In this document: piece by piece, positions 40,700 through 53,009 of the stretch
Numbering within the stretch: the first letter of the stretch is position 1
Layout: the number at the start of each line of letters is the position of its first letter
Origin: Eledone cirrhosa
Taxonomy: Eukaryota
Assembly: GCA_964016885.1 (NCBI GenBank)
Contig: OZ024741.1
Location: 389,608,001 to 389,672,000, forward strand
Length of the DNA stretch: 64,000 nt
Direction of reading: 5' to 3'
Translations under genes and position numbers: made by a program
The notes under the pieces: model-generated
What the model saw: the letters and a program-made list of their open reading frames with translations, nothing else
The model's database searches: none
Told to the model about the DNA's origin: nothing

Positions 40700-43600
40700 C
40701 AACGAACAAACCAGTTATTAATACTACCAAAGCTTCTTTTGCTAGTTCCATGAAGTGGTCTTTCAGGAAAATAAGCTTTCTAAAGATGAAATAAAAGAAG
40801 CCAAGAACCTTGTAGAAAAGTCTGGTCATATTGTCAGCCTCAAGAACCCCCTCGAAACAATTCAAAACGATATGTTGCACAGTGGCATATCGTGTTACTG
40901 GGTTGAAAACAAGGACAGTAGAGAGAGCTACAGAAGTTCAAATTCAAAGTGCTTTAGGTTCTGTGTGGAACCTAAAAACCTATATACTAAGAGACAGGGC
41001 TTTTGGCATGGTTGAGGTGAGATTTTCTACGGAGGAAGAAGCAAGATCTCACTCCATGAAGCCCCTACAGAATGATGAGGTCCTGCTCATCCCATTCTAT
41101 TGTGGAATGAGACTAGTAAGGATTAAAGTTTCACAAATTCCACCGGAAACAGCCATTCCTTGGCTAATAGCTGCAGTCATGGTAAGCATTGAGGAAAATT
41201 TGAAAGTCCTCGAATTCTACCAGATTAACAAAAAGAACTGGTCGGGAATGTGGGTCAAAATCCTTATGCAACACAAGACAAAGGAATATAGATGCCATCC
41301 CTAAGCAAATAAATCTTCCAGGCAGTATAATCTTGCCAGTTCGTGTAGAAGGGAGGAAAGCCAGATGTCACATCTGTCTTTCCCCAAACCACTTGAGAGC
41401 TCTCTGTCCTTTATTCCTACCAACACCAAAACATCACAAACAACAACTACTACCAAAACTAAGAAAAGCAACAACATCAACACCAGTACCAGAAACAAAA
41501 TCAAATAAAACAGTAACACCAACACCACTAAGATCAACATCAACAGAACCAACACCACCAGCAACAACAACACCAATGCCCATAGTGGACATGCCATTCC
41601 CAGACGTCACACAATCAGACTTAAATTCTAACTGAGGAGTGGCAATCAGTATACCCCCAAAACAAAAAAAAATAAAATAAAAATCCCCCTCTATTCACCA
41701 CTACCACAAGTATTTAAACCACCAACCCCACTACCATCAACACCACAACAGTCACCACACACACTAAAAATATCCCAATCAAAACCTAACCCACCTGCAA
41801 CAACAAAAAGATACAAACATCATACACTGCACAGCAATAAACACTATCAACACAAAACTAATGAACTACTTACAGCACACCACCACAATTAGGCAAAAAG
41901 ACGTTATTACACCCAAAAAATCACACTACCAATGAACATACAAATCATACAAATCACACAAAACACATATACACACCTAAAAACAAAATTTCATGATTCT
42001 ATTGGAGTCATCTGAAGGACGCTCTCCAAAAGAATCTATACAGACATTTCAATACAAGAGTCCAAAACCAACAGGAAGGACAGAACAACCATCCTTCCTC
42101 AAAAAAATCTTAGGTAAGTGGCCTTTCCTACTTTCTCCTTCTCTTAATTGATCATGACCTCTCACAAGATAAACAGTGTGAATGCACGTGGCTTGAGGTT
42201 ATCCAGGAAGCAGGGCCAACTGCTCAACGACCTTGGGATAATGGACATAGATGTAGTGGCCATTAGTGAGACCAGAATTTTCGATGCACGAAACTTCACA
42301 CCTATTTTCTGTGGCTACAAGGTGTACGCATCTCTGAGCTGTCCGGGATCTGGAGGCAGAGTTGCTGTGTTGTTCCAGAAAGTCCTGGATCTTGCAATAT
42401 GGACCATCTTCCTGAACCCAGAGGGTAAATTGGTGGTACTTGATGTAACCAACAGTGAAGGGCACGCATTCAGGCTAGAAGCCATATATACTTCGATAGG
42501 GGCAGGATGAACTGATTTTTTCTGACACCTGGAAACCTTCCTAGGAATGTCTCACTCTTTAGTCTTAGTGGACGACTGGAACAGTACCTTAGATGCATGC
42601 TGGGACTGTGTGGGACTAGTGGATAGAGGAGGAGGGTGTAAAAGCCTTGTAAACCTGCTCTAATCCTACCAATTGTCCAGCATGTACCTACTGGATTTTC
42701 TGAATGGGCCAATGTGGAAATGAAGTAATTGCATCAGGTCATCCAGATCATATCTGGATAAAGTATTCTGTGGGGAAGTTGACAAGGACAGCATGGGTTG
42801 TCCACAATTTAAAACAGTTGACTACACAGACCACAAATTTGTGACATGTGTAGTAGATCTAGATAGGCTTCATAGGCAAGGACCCGGGTACTGGAAGCTG
42901 AACGCCTCATTCCCAATGTGCAAAGCCTACCAAGACAGAATTAGTGAATTAGTTAAGTGGGCGTTGATGGGGTCAATTGTCAACAACAAGTGGTGGTACA
43001 CCCTGAAAAAGATGATTACAGTAGAATTGAGAAGATTTAGCAAAGCCGTAGCAATAGAGAAAACTAGAGTAGAGGGAGAGCTAGTTAAAAAAACTAGAAG
43101 AAGCAATTAGCAAAGGCATTGCAACCGACATGCTTGCGGTGAGATTGGCCCTGGACCAATTCTTCAATGCTAAGCATGAAGGCTCCATGGTCAGAACTAG
43201 GGGTTGTGCTCTTAGACACGAGGGGACGAAATTCCTTCAATGGGCCCAAGTGGCAGAGGTGCGGTGTGACAACAAAGCCACAATCCGATCCTTAGTGCAC
43301 CATGATGGGTACATGCTACTCAATCCCAAGCAGATGTGTGTGGCTTTTCAGCAATACTTAGCCCAACTATTTGGGACCAGCAATGGATCTGATTGCAAGG
43401 TGGACTTCATTGCCTATCTCAATGGCCTGCCATGGCTATCGGTGATGGAGTTGGAGTCTTGCGAAAAGCCAATAACAGTCATTGAAATATGTGAGGCAAT
43501 GACTGGCTGCACGAGGGGTAAATTACCCGGTTTGAATGGTCTGCTCTATGAGCTTTACTTTTATATATCAGACTTGTTTGGCAACATCTTGGCAGATATT

Positions 43601-44335
43601 TACTGCAACTGGCAGCAGAACAGGAGTATTCCCAGATCTGCTGAGAAAGGACCCAAACAAAGGGGATTTTATCAATAATTTTAGGCCTATAACTCTACTA
43701 AATGCAGAGATATTAATGGTGAGGTTGGCACTTGTCATCAGGGATCTGGTATGGGAGGTGCAGACATGTGCCATTCCTAAGTGATTCATCCACGACAACC
43801 ATTACCTTATGCTGTACATCATAGAGAGGGTAGAAATTGAACTTGGCATGGGCAGAGCACTGATCAACTTAGATCAATTGAAAGCATTCAATAGGGTCGA
43901 CCATGAGCACCTGGCGGCTGTCCTCAAAGCAGCTGGCTTTGGGTCTGTTTTCAGAGGGTGGATTGCTGCTATGGTCACCTCTCAGAACCATTCAATAGCA
44001 TGAGCTTGGTCGACCATGGCTGTCCCCTCTTGTCCATGTTGTATGTAGGGACTTTTAAGCCACTTCTACACAAATTAGAGATGTTGAGAGGCATCCTGCA
44101 TGAACTACGACATGAGAGATCTGTGACAGCTTATGCTGATGTCACAGTCATAGTGTCAAATACCAAACACATTGAGGTGATTAACACTGCTCTGAGGGAA
44201 TACAAAGTGCTGACATGAGGGAAAATTAACAATGGAAAGTCAGTGAGCCTGCAACTCGGCAAGTCCATGCCGTCAAACAGCATCATCGGATGCTGGACGG
44301 ATGGACAGGTTAAATTGCTCTGGGTCTGTCTTCTC
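40700..44335 (+). mobile_element. Degenerate L1/Tx1-clade LINE: ORF1 remnant with CCHC knuckle, and ORF2 (APE + RT)
   Basis: ORF1 CHICLSPNHLRALCP. ORF2 INSVNARGL, DVVAISETR, TDHK, GPGYWKLNAS, FRPITLLNAE, LINLDQLKAFNRVDH, GCPLLSMLY, AYAD. Many disablements. Confidence 0.85.
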
Positions 44336-44744
44336 TTAAAAAAACACATGTGCTGACAATATCATCACCACCAACACTGAACAAGCATACAGCAATGAGG
44401 CAACATCCAGTGAAAACAACAATATCAACAGCAGCAACATTACTAGTACCAATTCCACCACCATGACAAAAAACATTGTTATAAATAATATCAACACCAT
44501 AAACAACATAAGTCACAATATGAACATCAACAACTATAGCACTGACAACAACAACAACAACAACAATAGCAACAACAAGATGGGAACAACAAAAACAACA
44601 GCAACAATGGCAATAACAGCAACAAGAATGGGAACAACAAAAACAATAACAAAAGCAACATCAACAGCAGAGATGATGAGGCCTTCGTGGAGGTGGCTAA
44701 AAACATAAAGAGTTTACATTAGCAAGGAGGAAATGAGGAAAGCC

Positions 44745-46180
44745 AATTATTTAAGTGGCCGTTGGCGGAGGCAGTTGTCAACAACAAATGGTGGTTCACC
44801 CTGAAAAGGGCAATTAGATAGAATCCATTAGGTTTAGTAAAGCAGCAGTGATAGAGAAAGAGAGAGCAAAGGGAGAACTAGTTAGAAAGTTAGACAAGGA
44901 GCTTAGTAAAGGCATCACCACTGACATGCTTGTGGCGATATTGACCCTCAAACAATTCTTCAATGCTATGCATGAAGGCTGCATTATCAGAGCTATGGTG
45001 CATGCGCGTAGACATGGAGGACAGAAATCTGTTCAATGGGCTCAAGTAGTGGAGGTGCAGCCGAGCAACAAAGCCACAATCCAATCTCTGGTGCACCATG
45101 AAAGGAGCATGTTACTCGATCTCAAGCAAAAATGTGCGGGCAAAATATGGGATGCAATGACTAACTTCACAAGGCGTAAATCGCATGGTTTGGATGGTCT
45201 GCCCTACAAGCTTTACATTCACATGCCAGACATGTTTGCCGACCTTTTGGCAGACATCTACTGCAACTGGCAGCAGAACAGGAGAATTCCCAGTTCTGTG
45301 AGTTGAGGAGTGGTAGCGCTGCTGAGAAAGGATGGGGGACTACATAGAAAATTTCAGGCCCATTCCAGACAGCTCCATCCACGACAACCACTACCTCATA
45401 GAGAGGGTAGCTAAGGAACTTGGCACAAGTGAGGCTCTGATCAACTTGGATCAGTCGAAAGCATTAGATATTCAGATTGCATCTAGATAGGATATTTTGT
45501 AGGGAAATAGTTAAGTCTAGTACAGGTAGTCCATAATTCAAGCTAGTCAACTACACAGACCACAAATTTATGATTTGTGTGGTGATCTAGATAGGCTTAA
45601 TAGACCCAGCTACAGGAAACTGAATGCATCGCTCCCAGCACGCAAAGCCTATATAGAACAGATTAGTGAATTAGTTAAGCGGGCATTGATAGTGCAGTCA
45701 TCAACAACAAATAGTGGTTCACCCTAGGTTAGAATCCATTAGGTTCGATAAGGCTGCAGCGATAGAGAAAAATAAAGCAGAAGGAGAACTAGTTAGAAAG
45801 TTAGATGAGGTGTTTTGTAAAGTCATTGCAACCAATGTGCCTGTGGTGAGATTTGCCCTCAGCCAATTCTTCAATGCTAAGCATGAAGGCTGCGTGCTCT
45901 TAGACATGAAGGGGTGAAAGCTATTCAATGGTCCAAGTGGCGGAGGTGCTGCATGGCAACAAAACCACAATCTGATCTCTGGCACACCATAATGGGCGCA
46001 TGTTACTTGATCCCAAACAGATGTGTGCGGCCTTTCAGCAGTACTTCACTTTGCTCAACTGTTTGGAAGCAGTTGGAGGGGTGAGGGGGAATTAAGAGAT
46101 GGACTTCGGTCTCTGCCTCTACAGCTTACCGCGGTTCTCAACAATGGAGGCAGAGTGCTATGAAAGGCCAATAACAGTAA
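44745..46180 (+). mobile_element. Two further partial, internally deleted copies of the Tx1 ORF2 middle region
   Basis: GELVRKLD...QFFNA.HEGC recurs at about 43070, 44870 and 45780. Confidence 0.8.
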
Positions 46181-46356
46181 TATTGGAGCTGTGATCTCTC
46201 AGTTTGAAGAAGTAGTGGCTCTACCTGGAGTGACATTTCTGATCTCTGAACTATGTACTTTATCAAGTAATGTTACTCCAAAGACACTTTGGAGGAACCC
46301 TATTTCGACCACTTGTATTCACATTCGTATTCTTTTGGTCATTACCCAAGATTCAA
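46180..46356 (-). mobile_element. Short RTE family A fragment
   Basis: Nearly collinear with 31530-31702. Confidence 0.75.
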
Positions 46357-46467
46357 TTTTCAATTAACACATAACCACTCATCGTTTCTAAAACTAGATC
46401 TAATAGCAGTATTTTAACAATGTATTCCAGAACAATAGAAATGACAAATCAAACATAAATGACTTAC

Positions 46468-46572
46468 CCTATACAGATATTCTTCTTTAGATGCTGTTAA
46501 TTGATTGTTTATCGACCTTAATCCCAGCATCATTTCCTGTGTTGTCAACCAACCTTTTTTATCAACATCCCC
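46468..46572 (-). CDS. Host gene coding exon D (105 nt, phase 0 to 0): GDVDKKGWLTTQEMMLGLRSINNQLTASKEEYLYR, EF-hand loop
   Basis: Acceptor ttttgttttatttatag|GGG and donor AGG|gtaagt; 12-residue loop D-V-D-K-K-G-W-L-T-T-Q-E. Confidence 0.92.
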
Positions 46573-46729
46573 CTATAAATAAAACAAAAAAGTCTCTTGT
46601 AGATAACTTTCTTCACCTTTTTGCTAAACCACCTGAAAGTACCTCTTGTTCTCTGATACATGACTTTGTTTTAAAGTGATTATATTTATTAAAAAAAAAA
46701 TTTTCCACTATGATTTTACGTAAAAACTA

Positions 46730-46866
46730 TCTATGTTCCAAGCACCAGCTTAATAAAGGAAAAAGTTAGCTATGTTACTAAATCCCTCCAAATTCTTCAT
46801 TATTTTCAAAATTATTTGATTATAGGCAATATCTTTCATAAAAAATATAGTTATGAAAGGGTTTAA
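46730..46866 (-). mobile_element. Possible piggyBac-like MITE end
   Basis: Minus strand begins TTAA(A)CCCTTTCATAACTATATTTT; a similar TTAACCCTTT end lies at about 53740. No partner TIR was confirmed. Confidence 0.3.
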
Positions 46867-47357
46867 TATTATTGTTTGTGTCTAGTATGTTTGCCCACCA
46901 TATAACACCACGCTCTGGGAAAAGCCAACAATGCAGCATATTCACGCTCAGAACATTTATTTCTTATGAACGTTTATTTTTCTCCTTTTCCTACTCACAC
47001 TGCATCCTCTCCCTTTTTTTACTGTTTAGTTAGGGAGATGAGGCCTATGACACTCTTAAGGGCCTCTGAGACTGGTGGAAGTTAAGATCATGCATTAGTA
47101 AAAACAGTATAAAATTAACAGTCAGTAGAAAGAAGTGATGAGTGGAGAGATGCTGTGCTGAAAAGGACCCATCCAATCCATGTGGGCATGGAAAAAAAAA
47201 TGGATGTAAAAACAAAGAGGATGATGATGAGTAGAGAGCTACACTAATTCCATATATTGTATTATTGGATTTAGATTCTTCCCCGATAAAAGTCGAGTAC
47301 TAGATTTATGACTATACAATCAATATGTGGTTTTTAATTTTTTATTGGCTCCAGAGT

Positions 47358-47750
47358 TGTGGATTGGCAGAATCATTTTATTTTGAGTTCAAATCCTGTA
47401 GAGATCAACTTTGTCCTTCATCCTTTAGGGATTGATAAAATAAAGTACTACTAAAGTACTAGGAATGATATGATCAACTAAATGTCTATCCATGTATCTA
47501 TAATAAAAGTGGCCAAAATGAGGTACTTGGAGTAATGTTGTTCGATAGAGTGCATAGCTTGGAGATGAGAGAGTCACTCCAAGTAGAGCCACTACTTCTC
47601 TAAACTGGCATGTGGTTAAAATGTCTCAGAATTGCTGGACTGATTTTATGGGCAAAACCAACTAACAGAACACACTGGAAGGAGTGTTTAAGGACTCTGT
47701 CCTACACAACCCTCTCAAGAGCAAAGGAGAAGAAGAAGGAGGAGGAGGAG
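47358..47750 (+). mobile_element. Deleted Nin-like SINE (47358-47480) followed by a deleted RTE family A 3' fragment (47505-47750)
   Basis: GGATTGGCAGAATC...GAGTTCAAATCC...TTCATCCTTTAGGGATTGATAAAAT, then an RTE-A 3' UTR with GAA/GGA tail. Confidence 0.7.
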
Positions 47751-47858
47751 GGTCAATAAAATAAAGTTCTCATTGAGTAAGGAGCAAGAGAGGTGGTATA
47801 ATATAATTTCCCCACCTCCAGAAATTTGTGGACTTATGATTGACAAAAAAATACAAAC

Positions 47859-47929
47859 CATTTCAAATATTCTTTTGTATACATCCCAGTTCTCTTTGTT
47901 AAAGATACAATACTTGGCAAGGAAGCCAT
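47859..47929 (-). CDS. Host gene coding exon C (71 nt, phase 1 to 0): (Y)GFLAKYCIFNKENWDVYKRIFEM
   Basis: Acceptor ttgctatctctcaaccaag|AT and donor ATG|gtttgt. Supplies the entering helix (YKRIFEM) of the EF-hand in exon D. Confidence 0.85.
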
Positions 47930-48537
47930 CTTGGTTGAGAGATAGCAATGAAAACAAATATAAAACAAATATTTTCTTTAAAATACAAAAAGAAATAAAA
48001 GAAAATAGAAACAATTAATTAGAATAAATAAATTCCACAATAAATTTAGTAAAATAATATTTGCTTTGGTAGTTCGACATCACAAAGGGATATATTTTGA
48101 TATCTGATAACATATTGTCGTAAACCTAACAAAGAAATCATCATAATTGGAGATATACCTATAACCAATAATGTAAAATTGTAAAATTAATAGTAACTGA
48201 CAGAGTTGATGAAATATAACAATGTTTGAAATATTAATTCATTTTTCTCCAGCTTTATCCCCACCCCTGAGAAAATCCAGGGAAATATATATATATATGT
48301 TATAGTCGCATATATGTTATAGAATGCTGTTAGCTTCTCGCTAAAACAATCTCTATACCTCTCATTTATATTTATACTCGGATTCTTTTCCTAGAGTGCT
48401 TAAACTATCTGTGACTAATCCCGGTTTTTTTCATAAAAACTGTGATAATTATTGCTATTTGCTGAACTCCTTTTGTAGAGTTTTTTTCAGAATGTATTTG
48501 ACTGCTATTTCTCGTAAATAAACATTCACTTCCATCC

Positions 48538-48633
48538 TGACGTCACTAGCCCCGTTTTTCCTCATGTGCTTTTTCATAATTACACATGATGGTGAACTAG
48601 CCAGTTTTAGAATTCCCTCTTTCGGATTATAAT
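48538..48633 (+). promoter_or_regulatory. Candidate element promoter: CRE palindrome TGACGTCA (48538-45) and TATAAT (48628-33)
   Basis: Motifs read directly; the TATA-like box is about 28 nt before the hammerhead. Confidence 0.35.
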
Positions 48634-48660
48634 ACTGTGAGAGCCCTGGTTTTCTGTTGA

Positions 48661-48741
48661 GCTCTGCTGATGAATGAAATCCAACTGTGACCATCTCCAC
48701 TGAAAGTTTTCATGAAATAGTCTTTTAAGACTATACAGAGC
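48661..48741 (+). ncRNA. Type I hammerhead ribozyme, intact core
   Basis: Stem I GCTCTG/CAGAGC, CTGATGA, stem II ATGAAA/TTTCAT, GAAA, stem III TAGTC/GACTA, AUA triplet with predicted cleavage after 48735. Confidence 0.9.
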
Positions 48742-49109
48742 ATTTGATGTTATTCCAAATTGAAGGATAAGTGTTTTAAACTTTATTTTATCATGAGTTA
48801 AAGGTCTATTGATTTTTCCCTGGATTTCACTAAATTCTGTGGATGAATTTATATCCTGATTCTCTTTTGAAGTGAGTTTGAATTATTTTTCCTAAATCTT
48901 ACGTTAACTACTTTTCCCATCTTGACGTTATAGTCGCATATATGTTATAGAATGCTGTTAGCTTCTCGCTAAAACAATCTCTATACCTCTCATTTATATA
49001 TATATATATATACATATATATATAAGTTTATCCCGGGTTCAATCGGGGGTAACCACAGTAAGTAAGGTACTCAATACATAGCAGAGTATGAATATTTGAT
49101 ATAGAAATG

Positions 49110-49158
49110 GCTTCTACAGGACTAGAACTGTTTAATTCGGGAGTAATCATCAGGAAGC
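49110..49158 (-). ncRNA. Minimal hammerhead-like motif in the Penelope terminal repeat, with UAAA in place of GAAA
   Basis: GCTTC CTGATGA TTACTCCCGAAT TAAA CAG TTCTAGTC CTG TA GAAGC; TATAAA about 26 nt upstream. The second copy at 52514-52550 (+) has stem III deleted. Confidence 0.65.
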
Positions 49159-49428
49159 TGACTGTCCAAGTAATATGGTGGCATTTATACCTTTTCTGGT
49201 GGTAGGGGAGGGTGGTGATTGGGATGGGGGGAGGTCATTGGTTGATGGGTTTAAAGAAAAGGGAATTCTTTAAAAACTATATTTAGAGTGACAAAGGTAG
49301 AAAAAATTCAAGCTAAGTGCCTGTAGAAAGATTCACACGAGGGGGAACACTCCTGAATTTTAAGGTTCCTTTAAGCGAACAATAGCTATTCATTGGTAGG
49401 TCTGCCAAAATGGCCAGGTGTCTACAAT

Positions 49429-49476
<48 letters not shown>

Positions 49477-49509
49477 CACATACCTACATACATACAAGCA
49501 TATACACAC

Positions 49510-50050
49510 GTCATCCTCATCATCATCATTTTATGTCCGCTTTTCCCTGCTTGCAAGGGTGGGACGAGTCCTATTCAGCACAACATCTCTCCACTTGTCA
49601 CAGTCCTTCATCATCTCTGTGAGCTTCAGCGATCTGAGGTCCGCTCTCACCACCTCCGCCCATGTTTTTCGTGGTCTTCCTCTACTGTGTCTTCCTTCTA
49701 CTGGGATTTCTTGGCACTTCTTTACCCAGCGGTCATCCTCCATACGCATCACATGTCCATACCATCTCAGCCTTCTCTCCTGCACACCACAACTTATCCC
49801 TCTTATACCCAGTTTCTTTCTCAACTCGTCTATGCTTGGTCGTTCACGCACATTGACATTGCACATCCAACGGAGCATACTTGCTTCCTTTCTCTCCAGC
49901 CGTCGCATATCCTCTGCAGTTGATGCCCATGTCTCACTACCGTGCAGCATCGTGCATCTCACACAGGCATCATATAACCGTCCTTTCGTATGCAGGGAGA
50001 AACCCTTCTTTGTCAACAAAGGAAGTAGCTCCTTAAACTTCTTAGTCCCA
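49510..50050 (-). mobile_element. RTE family B-like 3' fragment nested in the Penelope 3' region
   Basis: KGFSLHTKGRLYDACVR...ERRLRWYGHVMRM; (TGA)n tail at 49511-49529. Confidence 0.88.
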
Positions 50051-50217
50051 TGAGGCGGATCGAGAGGGGGCTTGGGTTAAGGGTAGGGGTAGGGTGGAAT
50101 GGAGGGGTGGGATATTTTGTCAAGTGGTGTTTTTTTTAAAACAATCCATCTAGCAGCAAGACTGGCTTGAAATATTTGTAAGTTGCAAAGTTTTTGTGCA
50201 TGCAATTCGAGCAGCGT

Positions 50218-50778
50218 TCAGAGAGTTTGTTCAGTGTTGGCCAATAGTATTTCATAGTTCTCTGAAATACAAAGGTCACAACCCTTGTTTCCTCTCATGT
50301 ATGAGCGCGCTTTCTGGAGTAATTTCCATTTGAGCATGAAAGGGGTGGAGTTCCTCTTGAGGTCCCAGACATAGGAGGCGAGTGTTGTCAGATTGGATTT
50401 GTCCGGGCTTCTGAACGAGTGGGTATGGGTATACCACTGGGTCTTAAAATTGTTGGAAGTGATTTCGATATAAGTCTTTTTGTTGTTGTCGTCATTGCCT
50501 GAGACGACATCACATTTATATATGATGTCATTCATCTTATATATGATGTCATTCATCAGGCATTTGTTTTTGAGTGGACAAGCTTCTTTATTTTGGCAGT
50601 TACACAATGCTCCCGTCCAGGGAAGGGTTTCGGCGGTAGTAGGCTTATTTAATTTAGCAGTGTTGAGATCGGCTATATTCCTAGCTAAGTTAGGTGTAGT
50701 GGAGTAGGAGAGTCTTATTGTATTCTTATTAAAGATAGTGTGGTACCTATGTTGTGTGGGGAAGTGTATATTCAGCAA
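50218..50778 (-). pseudogene. Penelope GIY-YIG endonuclease region with an in-frame 21-bp tandem duplication (MNDIIYK twice)
   Basis: ORF track; IIYKC...TYIEIT (YIG changed to YIE) and CDLCISE. Confidence 0.75.
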
Positions 50779-53009
50779 TTTGAAGAAAGTCCTAGCTATA
50801 GGTGTAGAAACCTCTGTTGAAGGGGGAGTGGTGTACCAACTAATCTGCCTATGCCTATTTCTCCTAGGTAGTCTTGGGTGATTTCTGGATAAATAATCTT
50901 TTCTTTAAAGCCACTGTGGGAGAGGGCGCCATTGTAATAAGGGACAGAGGCACTAAAGATGTCTTCATTGGCTGAGAGACTGGAAATTCTGAGCGAAATG
51001 CTTTTAACTAAGTTATCTGTGATATTTTTGGGGTGGTTTCAACTAACATTTATGTATCTAAGGGATTCGTTAGATTTGCGGTATGGGTAATAGAGGGAAG
51101 TATCTAAGTCTAGAGTGACATCTAAAAAGTCAGCCCTAGTCATATTTCTATACCTAGATTACGGAAGAACAAGCTTAAGTTTCTCCGAAACCCATCGGTG
51201 GTTCTGGGGTTTACTTTGTGCAAGGCGATAGGCCATCATCTTGGTATAATCCTCCGGTTAGGCCTGTGAAGAGGTTCTTCAGGTGTGGTAAGATGTACAG
51301 GCCCACGAGGTCGCTAACTTCAGCTGAATCACTTGTTCCCATACTGACGTCAAATGGGGTCTCAGACTTTTTGTTGATCCAGTAAAATCCATTGTATTGT
51401 AGAAAGGTCTTATAGTCGTGGAGGATCACATCTGCTCAGTGTCAGTTATGGTGGTAAAATTCCTGGCAAAAGCAAGTGCATCCTTCAGTAGAGGCTCTAA
51501 GATAGAAGCGTAGTAGTCTTCTATGTCCAGTTTCAGAAGGCAGGTGTTGGCTTTATCGGGCAATTCTTGGAACCAATAGATTGCCTTGGAGGTTCTGCTC
51601 TAGAGTGGGAGAGGTGAGACCACACACCGTGATGGTAGTACTCTAACAAGGATCTTTTTGCTGATAGAACCAATGTCTGAATGTGTGGGGTTGATCAGTC
51701 TGACTGACGGTTTGTTAAGGACATTTCCCTTGTGGTCCTTCAGGGTAAAGTGTGGGGTCTTTGCTCTTAAGAGTTCAGTTCGGTCATCTAGTTTAAGGGA
51801 CTTTGCTATCTCTTTTCCAACCACGATGGTCTCAGTCAAAGGATTCTCATTCACCTTTTTGTAAGTTGTCGTGATTGCATTTTTTGCCAGCTTCTTATAG
51901 GTCGGTAAGTCTTCCTAATATACGTTTTAGGTTTTATCGGAGGGGAGATGGAGATTGGAGGAAATTTTCATTTTCCGCATTTCATTTTTTAAATAGGACT
52001 GGAATGGTGTGTTGGCTCTACAAAATTTTATGTCTCTCATCAATTTGAAGAGGTCTTCCTCAAATGGTTCAAGTAGGCTGTTGGTGGGTGGTGCCTTATT
52101 CGTTTTGAAACCAAACTTCTCATCACTGGTAGATGCTACATCAGGGTGGTCGAAGAAGAAGGCTCTCCATCTAATACGCTTCTTACCTACTTGCCTTTCC
52201 TACATATATAACATACTTGTATTGCACGTGTGTATGTATATATATGCAACTGTGCATGTGTATATGTACATATATGTGTATATGTGTGTATATATACATG
52301 TGTGTGTGTGTTTGTATATACATATGTGCTCCACCTAGTGTGAATCTTTCTACAGGCACTTAGCTTGACTTTGTTCTGCCTTTGTCACTCTAAATATAGT
52401 TTTTAAAGAATTCCCTTTTCTTTAAACCCATCAACCAATGACCTCCACCCATCCCGATCCCCACCCTCCCCTACCACCAGAAAAGGTATAAATGCCACCA
52501 TATTACTTGAACAGGCTTCCTGATGATTTCTCCCGAATTAAACAGAAGCCATTTCTATATCATATATATATATATATATGTACATATATATGTATATATA
52601 TGTATATGTATATATGTATATATATCACAATCCTCCTCATATAACCCATGCTGGCATGAGTTGGACAAGTCCTTGTAAGGCAGTGTTTTACCTTCAATGC
52701 CCTTCTTAATGGCAGCCTAATCACTTCTAACAACATATTAGGAAATGGTGTACCTATTTCTAGAAATGGGATGCACACATTTCAATGTTTTTATTTCTAA
52801 GTCTGTTTCATTGTTTTACACTAAATTGAGGTTTCTGTTGGAAATCAAGACATATTCCTAAAGCTATGGATACATAACATCAAAGCAATCCTTTCAAAAC
52901 ATTACTTTTAGTCAGCAAACCATCAATGCAAGTTACTGAAATACTTTCACATTGGTATAACCAACTGATTTATTGGAGCAAATATTGTCATACTAAAGTA
53001 ATAGTCTAA

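Larger units (their letters stand above)
48299..48999 (+). mobile_element. Non-coding 628-bp element with 73-bp identical terminal redundancy and an internal hammerhead (retrozyme or non-autonomous Penelope-like)
   Basis: 48299-48371 is identical to 48927-48999. Flanked by (TA)n on both sides. No recognisable protein. Confidence 0.75.
49025..52562 (-). mobile_element. Penelope-like element (5'-truncated RT + GIY-YIG) with terminal repeats in inverted orientation (49098-49350 vs 52326-52562)
   Basis: TLKDHK...VRLINP, FDVSMGTSDSAEVSDLVG, GLYQDDGL, IFNKNTIRLSYS, CNC...CPL...C and CDLCISE on the minus strand. The two ~240-bp repeats are reverse complements. Confidence 0.88.

Noticed and set aside
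48455-48700. 81-aa minus-strand ORF as an extra host exon
   Set aside because: It lies inside the hammerhead element and has no convincing splice sites. Exons B and C already join in phase.
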